Source: Tubulanus polymorphus
Lineage: Eukaryota; Animalia; Nemertea
DNA: 64,000 bases
Direction of reading: 5' to 3'
Assembly: GCF_964204645.1 (NCBI RefSeq)
Contig: NC_134029.1
Location: 16,486,950-16,550,949 of the forward strand
Below the pieces are notes generated by a model. The model was given only the letters and a program-made list of their open reading frames with translations. It did not search any database and was not told the origin of the DNA. Of this stretch, positions 24,801-34,428 are shown piece after piece (the first letter of the stretch is position 1; every line of letters starts with the position of its first letter). Made by a program: the position numbers and the translations under genes.

Positions 24801-27745
24801 ATCGATTTACGGCTGTCGTTTGTAAAATGACGCTGAATGGTTAGCATTGTTTAGGTTTCATAATGGTAACGTTTTATAAGGCGTCAAAAAAATGATACCT
24901 TGTTTCTCCGCTCTGCTGAGCTTAAATGTTGACCCGGCCGGCCACCTATCTACCCTATACATTACTTTTTTTAAAATCGTGACCAATTTTACCATAACAG
25001 ACCCGGCCGCTATAGAAATGAACTGTTTGCAAATTTTATCATATTTTACTAAAATGACCCGGCCGCTGCGGAGAAACAAGGTATCATTTTTGTTTAGCCT
25101 TAAACCATGGAGTATGGGCGGTTTTATATGGTCCATGGTTGAATAGGCAACACATATCAAATTACGGTCATCTTAACAGATTCCAAGTATCTTATCTACT
25201 TCAATCCATTGGATGTGAGTTATTCTTGAATTCTAGATTTAATTCTTTAGTGTGTCAAAGGTCTTTCTGTGAAGGGGCCCAGGGATTCCATCCCCTGTCA
25301 ATTAATACGCGGCGGTTTTTCTTAAAGAAGTAAAAATTCACCTGCGTAAAACCCAATGGCTTAAGATTAATTTCTAACATGGTATACCATCCTAAGTAAG
25401 CACCAAGTGGGATCCGAGTTGCCACTAAAAATATCCAGTAATCTTTATGGCTGAAATGTACATACATATATACATATATATACGTCCATTCCGACAAAAG
25501 TTGAATACCCTTTTGTTAATTTCAAAAACTTAACGATTAAGGTCTATTGAATGGAATTGTCTTTTACCTGAGAAGTTGTTTGAATCCTTCTTTAGCTGTT
25601 GTTTTATTCATTGAAGCGGATATACTGGGAGGTGTAGGGGGCCTGGCAGGAAAATATGCAACTATCGTTAAAAACAGCATCCCTGCAATTGCTGCGTCTA
25701 GAATGTTATGTAAAAATAAGAAAAAAAACATAGATTTTTGTACATGTATAAAATGTACCTGGGATAGTATCAGACTGTATCAATTATTTTTCAACTTATC
25801 TAAGGACAATGAACCAGTTACCTTAGTCTCGATGACTAGATGACAGGGATTAATTTTGAAAAGTTTTATCCGAGTCTTTTTACACATTCAATATATATAC
25901 TTACGAATTATTAGTTGCTCAACGATATCGTTGAATTCATTTTTCATGACCGTATCTGAAAGGTATTTATTCTGATCGAGTTTCATGCTCTGAGTATAGG
26001 CCCATATGTTTCTAAAATTTCGAATTCGTACCTACCTGTTTCATTGCTCCAATTACTGAAATATTGGACTTTTTATCTAGAACGCCGTTATGATACATGT
26101 ATTGATTGTTTGTTAATGACATTTCATTTCAGAGAAGAATGTCCTTCAACAAGTTGCAAATAAACTAACCTCGTGTTTGTGGTAATGTTCGGTTGATCCG
26201 CAACGATGAAAGGACCTAATGAACAATAACAAAACATATAGCGGGTTACGCCAGCATGTACCCAATATTATTGGTACTGAATTGATAAATTGAGTCAGCT
26301 CCCTGGTTTCAAGTTAATGAGTCTAGAAACGACCCAAAGCGTAGGGGACGGATTTGTTAATTAGCGTACCTATTATTGCCTGTAATCCAGCTCCGAGTGT
26401 ATTTGATACGGCTGAAACAACTGTAGCTGTAGTTCGCTGATTCGGCGGAAACCAAATAGACGAAAATATAGGTGGTGCTAATTGGGTTAGACTCGCGGTT
26501 GACCCCACTAGGAATTGTCCTGTATGAATGAACCTAAAAATTCAAAAATTGACACTAACAGCGCTTTCGTGCGCCCCTCCCTGATCAGTGTCACCAATCA
26601 TTGGAATTTGGGGATAACTTACCAGCGCCGATATGAAGGGTCAACAACGAGAATGAGTAGTCTAACAGCGCCCCCTACGGCTAATAGACCAGTGGCTAAT
26701 ACGCAAACAAACCTCAATCCTGAACGACAATGAAATACATCGCAAAAAACTAACGTCAGTCTAATTCTAAGAGGTATATGAGATATCAGTGACGAAAATC
26801 TAAACAAGCTATAACTGCGATAACAAAATCAAAATGCCCTTCGTCAAGAAAGATTCACAAACATTCAAACCAACTTTGAAAACTTTATGTTTTATAGACA
26901 AAATTTCCAAGGAGGCTACACCAAATCCAATAAGCATACTATGAGTTTTGGATGGGGGTCAGGCTTCTGTGAATTAGGGTTGATTCATAGATTCCTTGAT
27001 ATCTGTCAATCAGTACGTAGTGCGTTTTAACATAGAATATAAAAGTTTCTGCCTTACCTCTTTGTTCTAATGCATAAGTGAATGGTACTATAAATGTAAT
27101 AAAACCAATAGGACCCCAGTTTGCGAGAAAGGCCACTTCACCATCGGATATGCCAAATACCACACTAGTGGAATGAGCTATCGCTGCCCATGTCGACCAC
27201 ATAGCTCCGAGCAATCCCAAAAACCACCCCATCAAGAATAACACATAACTAAAAATATTCAAATAAAACACGAATATGCAAATGAGGGCGACATTACGAC
27301 AAAACTAAAATAATGCGACAAAACAATTAAAACATCAGTCTTTATTACGTTATCAATTGGACTAATTATTGAAAAGCTAATAAAACGGGTGACAAAACCA
27401 AAAATGAATTGTCGCGTTATCTTAGTTTTGTCGTTATGTCGCCCTCATTTGCATATTCGTGTTTTTTCACGTATGGCCCTTCAGCCACCATAGATTTCAA
27501 CTTGGATTTAACAGAACTAGCCTGTTTACACTTTTTACTTACAATCTGCGTTTATACGGTTTTAAACCTAGTGTTTCAGCGGTAACATTGGTAATGCTTG
27601 ACGCATCGCTCAGTTGCCTCTTAAGTAATGGGGCCCGGTCTGTTCTCCCGACGTCCAGAACTGGGGCGCTGGATCTTCTCTGTAGGAATCTCGATTGCAC
27701 CGGTATGCGTTTTAGACCACTGACCGTATCCTCTGCTTCCTCCAT
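9850..27745 (-). CDS. SLC49A4: SLC49A4/DIRC2-like lysosomal major facilitator superfamily transporter, 13 coding exons, 527 aa
   Basis: Exons (minus): 27745-27543, 27248-27058, 26719-26623, 26533-26370, 26215-26170, 26055-26036, 25955-25905, 25697-25568, 25450-25342, 11309-11242, 11150-11032, 10941-10756, 10049-9850. All are GT-AG with consistent phases, 1584 nt in total. Motifs: YKRRFYVL, LANWGPIGF, GLR, HTGQFL, SSIWFPPNQRTTAT, YFPARPPTPPSISA, ELAYPVTEG; these match the SLC49 (DIRC2/FLVCR) family and are closest to DIRC2 from memory. Confidence 0.88.
10370..10590. mobile_element. MITE in the last SLC49A4 intron
   Basis: Inverted arms gatcttttcctcagacgttcaatatgaaatac / gtatttcataatgaacgtctgagggaaagatc. 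Confidence 0.65.
12393..12594 (+). mobile_element. Penelope-like terminal-repeat (pLTR) fragment with inverted arms
   Basis: Inverted repeat 12424-12460 / 12560-12594 around the hammerhead. Flanked by near-direct repeats caactacatgtagt (12379-12392) and caactaaatgtagt (12593-12606). The tail recurs at about 37732-37785. Confidence 0.6.
12469..12512 (+). ncRNA. Minimal type-I hammerhead ribozyme motif of Penelope-like-element type
   Basis: CAC-CTGACGA-C-GATCTC-tagtgt-GGGATC-GAAAC-GTC-GTG: core boxes CUGANGA and GAAA, stem II GAUCUC/GGGAUC, stem I CAC/GUG, palindromic ACGU remnant of stem III, predicted cleavage after C12507. Confidence 0.7.
12618..12744. mobile_element. Harbinger-like MITE
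   Basis: TIR gggccagttgctcaaaagttg / caactttttgagcaaccggccc type, CWG flanks (CTG...CAG). Confidence 0.65.
14128..14310. repeat. GCGCAAAAAC / TTTTTGCGC palindromic tandem array
   Basis: About 8 units of (c)gcgcaaaaac(aaa/gaa), including ttttgcgcgcgcgcaaaaa palindromes. Confidence 0.75.
14331..17397 (-). mobile_element. 5'-truncated non-LTR retrotransposon (LINE) reverse transcriptase, one nonsense codon, interrupted by a 1.2-kb insertion
   Basis: A single frame 17397-16258 reads PLTILSCLGKLFT...NQAAFRKKFSTVDHLF...FVDYSKAFD...GVRQGENLSPFLF...[TAG 16960-16962]...LMYADDT...YCYLGV. The C-terminus resumes at 15055 (CSLC...DEYHLFAEC knuckle). The 3' tail has AATAAA and (TTTCAA)n at about 14331-14360. 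Clade not determined. Confidence 0.92.
15058..16257. repeat. 1.2-kb segment duplicated at 23710-24893, inserted in the LINE
   Basis: Near-identical text from aacaagaaaattaattttag to aaggcgtcaaaaaaat in both places; ATAACA at both junctions (15056-15061, 16256-16261). Confidence 0.92.
17398..17767 (-). repeat. Palindromic GTCGAAATTCGACTTA tandem array with TACGGAAGCCCC head
   Basis: Roughly 15 units of gtcgaa(a/t)ttcgac joined by ttaataa/ttattaa; ends in gtcacctaggggcttccgta; truncates the LINE. Confidence 0.85.
19468..21407 (+). mobile_element. HINE copy interrupted by a hAT MITE
   Basis: tccagttattttggga ... cccaagtgggcatggtgtccctggacccctagtt, colinear with 31620-32895. Confidence 0.85.
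19547..20324. mobile_element. hAT-type foldback MITE with ~265-bp TIRs and 8-bp TSD
   Basis: CACAGGGGTTTGGCGATGGGC... / ...GCCCATCGCCAAACCCCTGTG; TSD CCCTAGAC at 19539-19546 and 20325-20332. Confidence 0.92.
22657..23018. repeat. ~20-bp (T/G)AACGTGAAG(G/T)A minisatellite inside short imperfect TIRs
   Basis: Units such as taacgtgaaggataa and taacgtgaagtataatg from 22692 to 22905; flanks gggcggccatc...aaac / gttt...gattgccgccc. Confidence 0.75.
23703..25102. mobile_element. Composite TIR element (taggctaaacaa ... ttgtttagcct) whose right end is a ~225-bp foldback MITE
   Basis: Right module 24877-25102 has arms aaaaatgataccttgtttctccgc / gcggagaaacaaggtatcattttt. The left end taggctaaacaa...tttgacgcct is a short inverted copy of that module's ends. 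Confidence 0.6.
27265..27465. mobile_element. Foldback MITE in SLC49A4 coding intron 1
   Basis: aaaacacgaatatgcaaatgagggcgaca...cgacaaaacta / tagttttgtcg...tgtcgccctcatttgcatattcgtgtttt. Confidence 0.85.
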
Positions 27746-29569
27746 TTTCCTACCTGTAATTAAGTACACTGTCTATCTCATGTGACCAGACAATTTCAAA
27801 CTGTCTTCAATTCCGGCAGATAAGATAGAAAATTACGACAGTGGATCGATATTTGATCTAGTTCGATAAGAAAGTTCGTGTACATTTTCAGATAGGCATA
27901 CGGGCTACATTGATATAAAGGGGTTGGAGCAAAACGTGGGGCAGTAGATTGGGGTCCGTTTTGGGGACACGTCTTAATACATAGATCTGATGAAGTGACA
28001 AAACTGATCATGGAAAGTAATCCTTCACGTGAGTTTCATTTTAAAAATGTAATTTCCACAACAAATACAAATTTGTACATATGGTTTATTTTTCGAAACT
28101 TGTCCTTCTCGACCCCGCCAAAACAATAATTAACCAAAAAACCCAAATATTTAGCGCGAGAAAATTATGTTCACTATATTTCTAAGTCATTCAGGATTCA
28201 AATTCAGGATTTCGATTTTTATATAGCAGTCTAGCTTTGGAGAATTGGTTATTATGTGTGCCCATAAAGTTTGAATCTCGGTTGTATGTGCTTAAAAAGC
28301 TCTTAGCATGCAAATGATACGAAATTAGATGGGTCCTCTCTAGCCTAAAAATCTGAGTGATTCAGTATGCCAATATATTCAGCGAGGAATCTATACCTCG
28401 AGGGGTTTATAGTTTAGTCGTAGTAAATGATAGTCTACACTTGGTTAGATATGATACGAAATTGATGTAGTTGAGGTATTTTCAATAGATTTTTTAATGT
28501 TATTTACGATTTTGTTGTAGATCATTCCGAACTTTTAAGATCTAGTTAATCGAATTAACGTTTAAAAAAATGTTCAAAAAAACATTGTGTCTAATATTAG
28601 AAATTGTGTATTCAGTATCGTTTCAGAAGGGAAATTTTTTTGAAGTTTTCAGAAAGATTTTTTTTCGTATTGATTAATTGTAATAGATTTAATCTTTTCA
28701 TTTCTTATTCGAAAGTTAAATAATTCGGATCGACTGGGATTCGAAACCACATACATTTTTTGGCGATTTCATCGTTTTGATTTGTTTTGTTTACATCCGG
28801 GATACCATCCTTCCAGGGGTACGTATTATTATCGCGCCTAGTCTACGGCAATACTGATGGTAATAAGTAAAATTAGAACTTAAAATCACACGAAATAGAA
28901 GATGATCTGGAACCAGTTCTGCCAATGAAATCATTGACTACTAGTAGTAATTAATTACTCTATTTGCCAAAGCAGTTACTATGAGTTGAGCTGAATGAGT
29001 ACATTTAGGATTAATTAAATACTTCACCTACAAAATCACTACGTTTTGACGTTTCATCAATTATGTTTGGGTTCAGACTAGAGCTACCTATTCGACACGG
29101 CGTCAATTCTTATTCCGCAGCAGAGCTTTTGACCTTGTCAGGATCGAAAACTTTAGCATGGCCAAAAAAATAAATGTTCAAAGTGATTTAAGAACCACGG
29201 ACGATCATTGCTAAATAACCACGGGTAAAAGTGCAGATCCGCACCTCTCGGCGTAATAAATGGTTCAATCAATTACATTAAACAATATGTAATAGATGAA
29301 ATCTAAGTGACGGACGCTTCGTCACTACAGCTTGATTTAATTTTTACGACTAAGATTAATAAGAAATCATAACGATTCGAAAACGACCTCGTTCACGTAT
29401 GGAGTGTAACAAAAACACTCAAAATAGTGTCAGTGACTAAAGGAACACCGAGAAAATTAATTGTTGTCAATGAAACTGGAAAGAAACTCTTACTAACTCT
29501 TAAAGTCTATCAATTTTATTTCGATGTTGAGATTGTTCTGTAGATTTGGGCCCCGAGCATTAAATTATT

Positions 29570-30575
29570 CGCTGTGGCTACTCGTACGGACCCGTCCGGA
29601 TTACTCTGGAGGCTATTCGTACGGTAATAGGATCTGTACGCTAATAACCGTCGCTGATTGGCCGATTAACGCCGCGCATGCGTACAGAGGTGCACGCCTT
29701 AGAAAATCCAAGGAAAGTGTGGAGAATAGAGTTAGAGAAAAATAGCGGATAGAGCGAGACTCGGCCAGTAAATTACTAGCGCAGCATCATACCACTAGAC
29801 CACCGAGCTCGCTGACAGTCGGTCGAATGTTTTAACTACATATAGCCTCACCTTACCCTAACCCTATCCCGGCGCTATTGCACTTTCGTACCCCCCTCCC
29901 AAAAATTTTTATTTCAGCATATTTATTATCAGGGAGGTCTAAGGATTCAAAATCAGTAACTTTTGGCCCAAAAAACTAACTTTTTCTGGGTTACAATCAT
30001 GTTATTTTGGGCCCTAAATCGCGTGTAAAATCGCCGATTCGCGACGTCAACAACGCCATACCTATTGGATGTCAATCAAAGTTTCTAACCCTCCACTGAA
30101 ATGTCATGACATTAAAACTTTGCAAAAAACCATGTTTTCAAACATAACCATCTCTGAAAATGACGCGTATGTTTGCATTATTTTCATACTTAGCTATTGA
30201 TTTAAAGATGTTCTGATGAAGAAAAGTTATATGCCCAAAAACGAAATTTTGTCAATTCAATTCAATTAAATTTATTGAGATATTTTTGACATGTTTTTAG
30301 GGGGTAATTAGTGCGGAAACATGGCCGACCCGTCGGTTTGAATCGAGGAAATCGGCCCCAAATCAGAATTTTGGCTTGGGAAAAATTATTATTTTTGGTC
30401 AAAAGTAATTTATTTTGACTCTACAGACCTCCCTGATTAATAATATACAGAAGGGTACGAAAGTGCAATAGCGCCCCCTATCCCTTCCCATACACATAAT
30501 TCCAGAGTTATCCGATGGGTGCGTACGAATAGCCTACGGAATTATTCGTACGGGTCCGTACAAGTAGCCACTTCG
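29570..30575. mobile_element. Mutator-like (9-bp TSD) non-autonomous element, host of a nested element
   Basis: TIR cgctgtggctactcgtacggacccgt / acgggtccgtacaagtagccacttcg; TSD TAAATTATT at 29561-29569 and 30576-30584. Confidence 0.85.
29871..30475. mobile_element. Mutator-like MITE nested in the previous element
   Basis: Perfect 23-bp TIR GGCGCTATTGCACTTTCGTACCC; TSD CCCTATCCC at 29862-29870 and 30476-30484; further subterminal inverted arms. Confidence 0.9.
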
Positions 30576-31239
30576 TAAATTATTGAAGAAATTAAATCAA
30601 TTCTTATTGTTAAGCTTGGAAAAATGAAAATTAATGCCATATGGCATATAGTTAATTGGTGGGGGAAAGAAGATGAAACTTCAACTTAAAGGTTCGATTA
30701 ATTTCTGGTTATTTAAAATTTTGGCTTATATTTTGATTAGGAAAATTATGACGAACCTGTTCATTCCATCTGTAGATCAAATGAAATTCAATTTTCTATG
30801 AAAATAACTTGACCCATTTCTTAACTAAATATAAACTGGTCTTTGGCTACCCAGGGTAGGTCGGTTTACCACTGCTAAAAAGATTACTATTTCGATTTGT
30901 ATCAGGAATTTTTCAATGGCTTTATAAACCACTTTGTAAAACCCGAAATGTAAAAACCGACATTATGGTGAAACTGAGACGGTTTGCAAGATTGAAGAAT
31001 TTGACCTGGTGTTAATTTAGAAATTAGCTCCATTTGAAAAGTAAAGAAAGACAAGAAAAAATGAAAGATACAATGAAACGCTTCGATCGCATAATTTTTT
31101 TCTGCCAGAAAAATCGAATAAATTATCAGCAGTAAAATTTAAATGTCAATACAAAAATTGATTTCTTTTGCAAAAAATATTTATTTGTTTCTAATTCTCG
31201 GGGGGAATGTCGAGTACCGGGAATATACGGCTCAAAATT

Positions 31240-31610
31240 AATAGTGCACGTGGCTAGCGGTACCAAATTCCTTATTTGGTGAAAGAAGGGGCGGAGACTA
31301 ATGTTTTTGCTGACCGCGATGTCGCTGCTCCGCGAAGCGAGACCATGCCGCCAATCCGCCGCGCTGCCTTGAAATTTTAAGCAAATCGTACGACAACGCG
31401 ACTCATCGCAGTTTTAGGGTCATTAAACTTGATAAATGATTACATATTTCAGCGCTGCGGCTGGGGTTGACTGTCGCGCGCGAGAGCGTAATTCTCCGGG
31501 ATTCGAACCTGCGATGGCTGAACCGGGCGCACTGGCGCATGGTTTGTTTATTATGAATTCGCTCCCCGTTGCTAAGGGAATTTCAGCTTTTTTCGAACTC
31601 GTTCGATCAA
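31240..31610. promoter_or_regulatory. CpG-rich candidate promoter between the divergent SLC49A4 and PHKA genes
   Basis: Local GC/CpG enrichment with a CACGTG E-box (~31247), a GGGGCGGAG GC box (~31288) and CCAAT (~31351). Both ATG exons are preceded by splice acceptors (27754-27755; 34308-34309), implying non-coding first exons in this interval. Confidence 0.35.
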
Positions 31611-31619
31611 CGCGGTTCA

Positions 31620-32895
31620 TTTTTAGCCCACTTGGGACTTTAGTTCCAGCGGGCTATTGCGTTCACTTTTCGTCCATTCGTTCGTTGTAGCGTCCGTCCG
31701 TAGACGGAATCCAGTTATTTTGGGAAGTTTTGAAGACGCTTCAAGGTAACGTCTTGATATTTGGGTTACACATGTATCTACCCTAGACACATCTTCAGCC
31801 CAAAAACTGCCCCTATCAGAATCAAGATGGCCGACTGGCAGCCATTGTTGTTCGCCAAAATCAGCACTTTTTACACATTTTTGAACTTTTTGAAGGAAAT
31901 TTTGAAGACGCTTTGATCAATTACCTTGATCTTTCGGATATATGTGAATCCCCCCAGGGCCCATCAACATAACAAAAATTGGGTCGATCGGACTCAAGAT
32001 GGCCGTCCTATGACCTTTTTAGTGCCCAAAAATGTTAATTTTGGCCCAAATTCTGAGTCCTGTAGCTTCCTACTGGTTTATCATTTCTCATTGCAATTTA
32101 TGATGGGTATTCTTTGGAAAGTGATGTTTTATACCTGAGACAGGTATTTTTCATCAGCCAATTATGACGCAATTGGCGGCCATCTTGGTGTCACCAGTAC
32201 TCATTCGTAAGTGGGAAAAAGTTTTTCCACATAATATTGATACCTAAGCATATTTTGCTACCACAATCAATTAGAAAGTTGTAGCTCATAACGTGTTCTA
32301 TGATTGTGGTGAGTTTCATGGTAATTGGATTTTGTATATGGCCACCAGGGGGCGTTGAATAATACAATATCTTAGCATTTCTTTATTATATTCGTACCTA
32401 TGCATATTTTGTAACCACAATCAATTGCAAAGTTGTAGGTCATGACATCATCTATGATTGTTGCGAGTTTTAAGGACATAAGTTTATCTATATGGTCACC
32501 AGGGGGCGTTGAATAGTAGAATAACTTAGTATTTCCTTATTATATTGGTACCTAGGCATATTGTGTTACCATGATCAATTGCAAAGTTGTAGTTCATTAC
32601 ATGTTCTATGATTGTGGTGAGTTTCGAGGTCATTGGGTTTTGAATATGGTCACCAGGGGGCGTTGAATAGTAGAATGACTTAGTATTTCCATATTTAATT
32701 GGTAACGAGGCATATTTTGTTATCACAATCAATTACAAAATCGTAGCTGCTGACAGGTTCTATGATTGTGGTGAGTTTCAAGGTCATTGGTTTTTGTAAA
32801 TGGTCACCAGGGGGCGTTGAATGTTGAAATTGTTAGATTGTTGAGCATTTGAAACCACTTCCCAAGTGGGCATGGTTTCCCTGGACCCCTAGTTT
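31620..32895 (+). mobile_element. Near full-length HINE (Helentron-associated) reference copy with four 154-bp internal repeats
   Basis: 5' TTTTTAGCCCACTTGGGA, (CGTC)n microsatellite, subterminal inverted TCCCAAGTGGGC, 3' GGACCCCTAGTT, T-rich flanks without an obvious TSD. Repeat period 154 (motifs at 32339, 32493, 32647, 32801). Confidence 0.85.
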
Positions 32896-32943
32896 CGTTT
32901 ACCGTGTCGACGGTGCGAGGGGCGTGTGGCTTCATGTTCCTAA

Positions 32944-33716
32944 AGGCTGGCTTATGTGGACAAGCAACGCGACGCCTACCGATGCAACTGGGTTTATCGC
33001 CGATTAGCGGCCTACGAGAGGCCGCCAGTTGCTCCTCAATCGGTTCGACATAAGCCGGCTTGCGAAGGCAACGCGACGCCTACCGACTCGTCGCAACCCG
33101 TATCCGGCTAGTTGCCCATGTTCTACTCCGGCCTACGGTAGGCAGGCAGTTGCTTTCGATCGCAGCCGACATAAGCTCATCTGCGATGCGACGGAACTGA
33201 GCGCAGGGGTTCCAGCCAATGAGAGACCGCATATACATAGTACAAATTATCACCACTAGTTAGCGTCATTCGTAATTAGTCATAAACTTCCAAATCCAAG
33301 TAGTTCAAAACGTAAACCAAACCTTCAGCACGGCAGAGGACTGGACCGAAGATCTAGAAACGAAATTGGTAGAATTATGGTGTGAGCGGCTATCTTTATA
33401 GATGTCGCTAGCACGTTGTATTCAAAACATTATCAGAAAGATCGAAGTCTTAAAGAAATAGCTTTTCTAATAGAAATATATTTCCTAATAATTCAAATTT
33501 ATTCTCAAAATGCTTATCACATGACCATTTGAGCCGTTGCAGTTGCTAGTAATCGCAACCGACATAAGCAGGGAAGCAACTGGGAGGATCTTGTATCCCG
33601 CTAGTCGGCCTCAGTTGCTGCGAATCGGAGCGCAGTCGACATAAGCTGGGCTGCGATCGTGGTTGCTTCCAGTTGCGTCGGTAGGCGTCGCGTTGCTTGT
33701 CGACATAAGCCAGCCT
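32944..33716. mobile_element. PIF/Harbinger-type non-autonomous element
   Basis: ~48-bp TIR aggctggcttatgt(g/c)gacaagcaacgcgacgcctaccga; TAA TSD at 32941-32943 and 33717-33719. Confidence 0.88.
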
Positions 33717-34428
33717 TAAGTGATAGCGGCTTATTCATCGCACGTGGCCGTTAATCGTTATTATTTCAGGTCATGTAGGCCATTAATTTTATCTCATCGA
33801 TCCCTATTAAAGTAACTCTAGGGGACTCGCACAAAGGGTGTTATTTTATGGGTAGAAGAGTTATTATTACAAGTAAGTAAATATCGTTGTAGATTATTAA
33901 TTTCAGATGTCCGAGGACAGAGAGGTTGTGCGGTGCGCTCTTTCCCCCTTTTTTTTGGGGGAAGGGGACTTGCACAAAATATGCTGTGCTTGCCGAAAGG
34001 CTGAGTGGGCACCAGCAGTGACCGCTCCGCTCCCTGCAGGGAATGCATGGAGTGGGGTTTTAAGCTCTTCGAATACTACATCAATTCACTAGCGGTGTTT
34101 CTCAGATCGTGAAGCATTTCAATTAGTGGACATGGTGTGTCTGCCTCTGGACCCCTAGTTCAAACAAGAAATTACACATGAAAAATAGGTCATTTCCTTG
34201 TCAACCAACGTTGGTTTGGAGGGTAACACTATTTGAGATTGCTGACTGTTATCTCTGATTGATGGTTGCTGACTTATCTACAATTTCATGCTTTCAAATC
34301 TTGTTACAGGCAAGCTAGTTCATCAAAGTTCATGTTTCAAAACTAGACTTCTTGAATCAGGAATAATCTCTCCGTGTGATGGGTACTGATGATACACTCA
34401 TATATTGAATAAACGCAACTAAGCCATA

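Noticed and set aside
31490-31540. tRNA-like GGTTCGAATCCCGG on the minus strand (similar at about 13540)
   Set aside because: B-box only; no A-box/D-arm or cloverleaf could be built, so at most a SINE-head relic.
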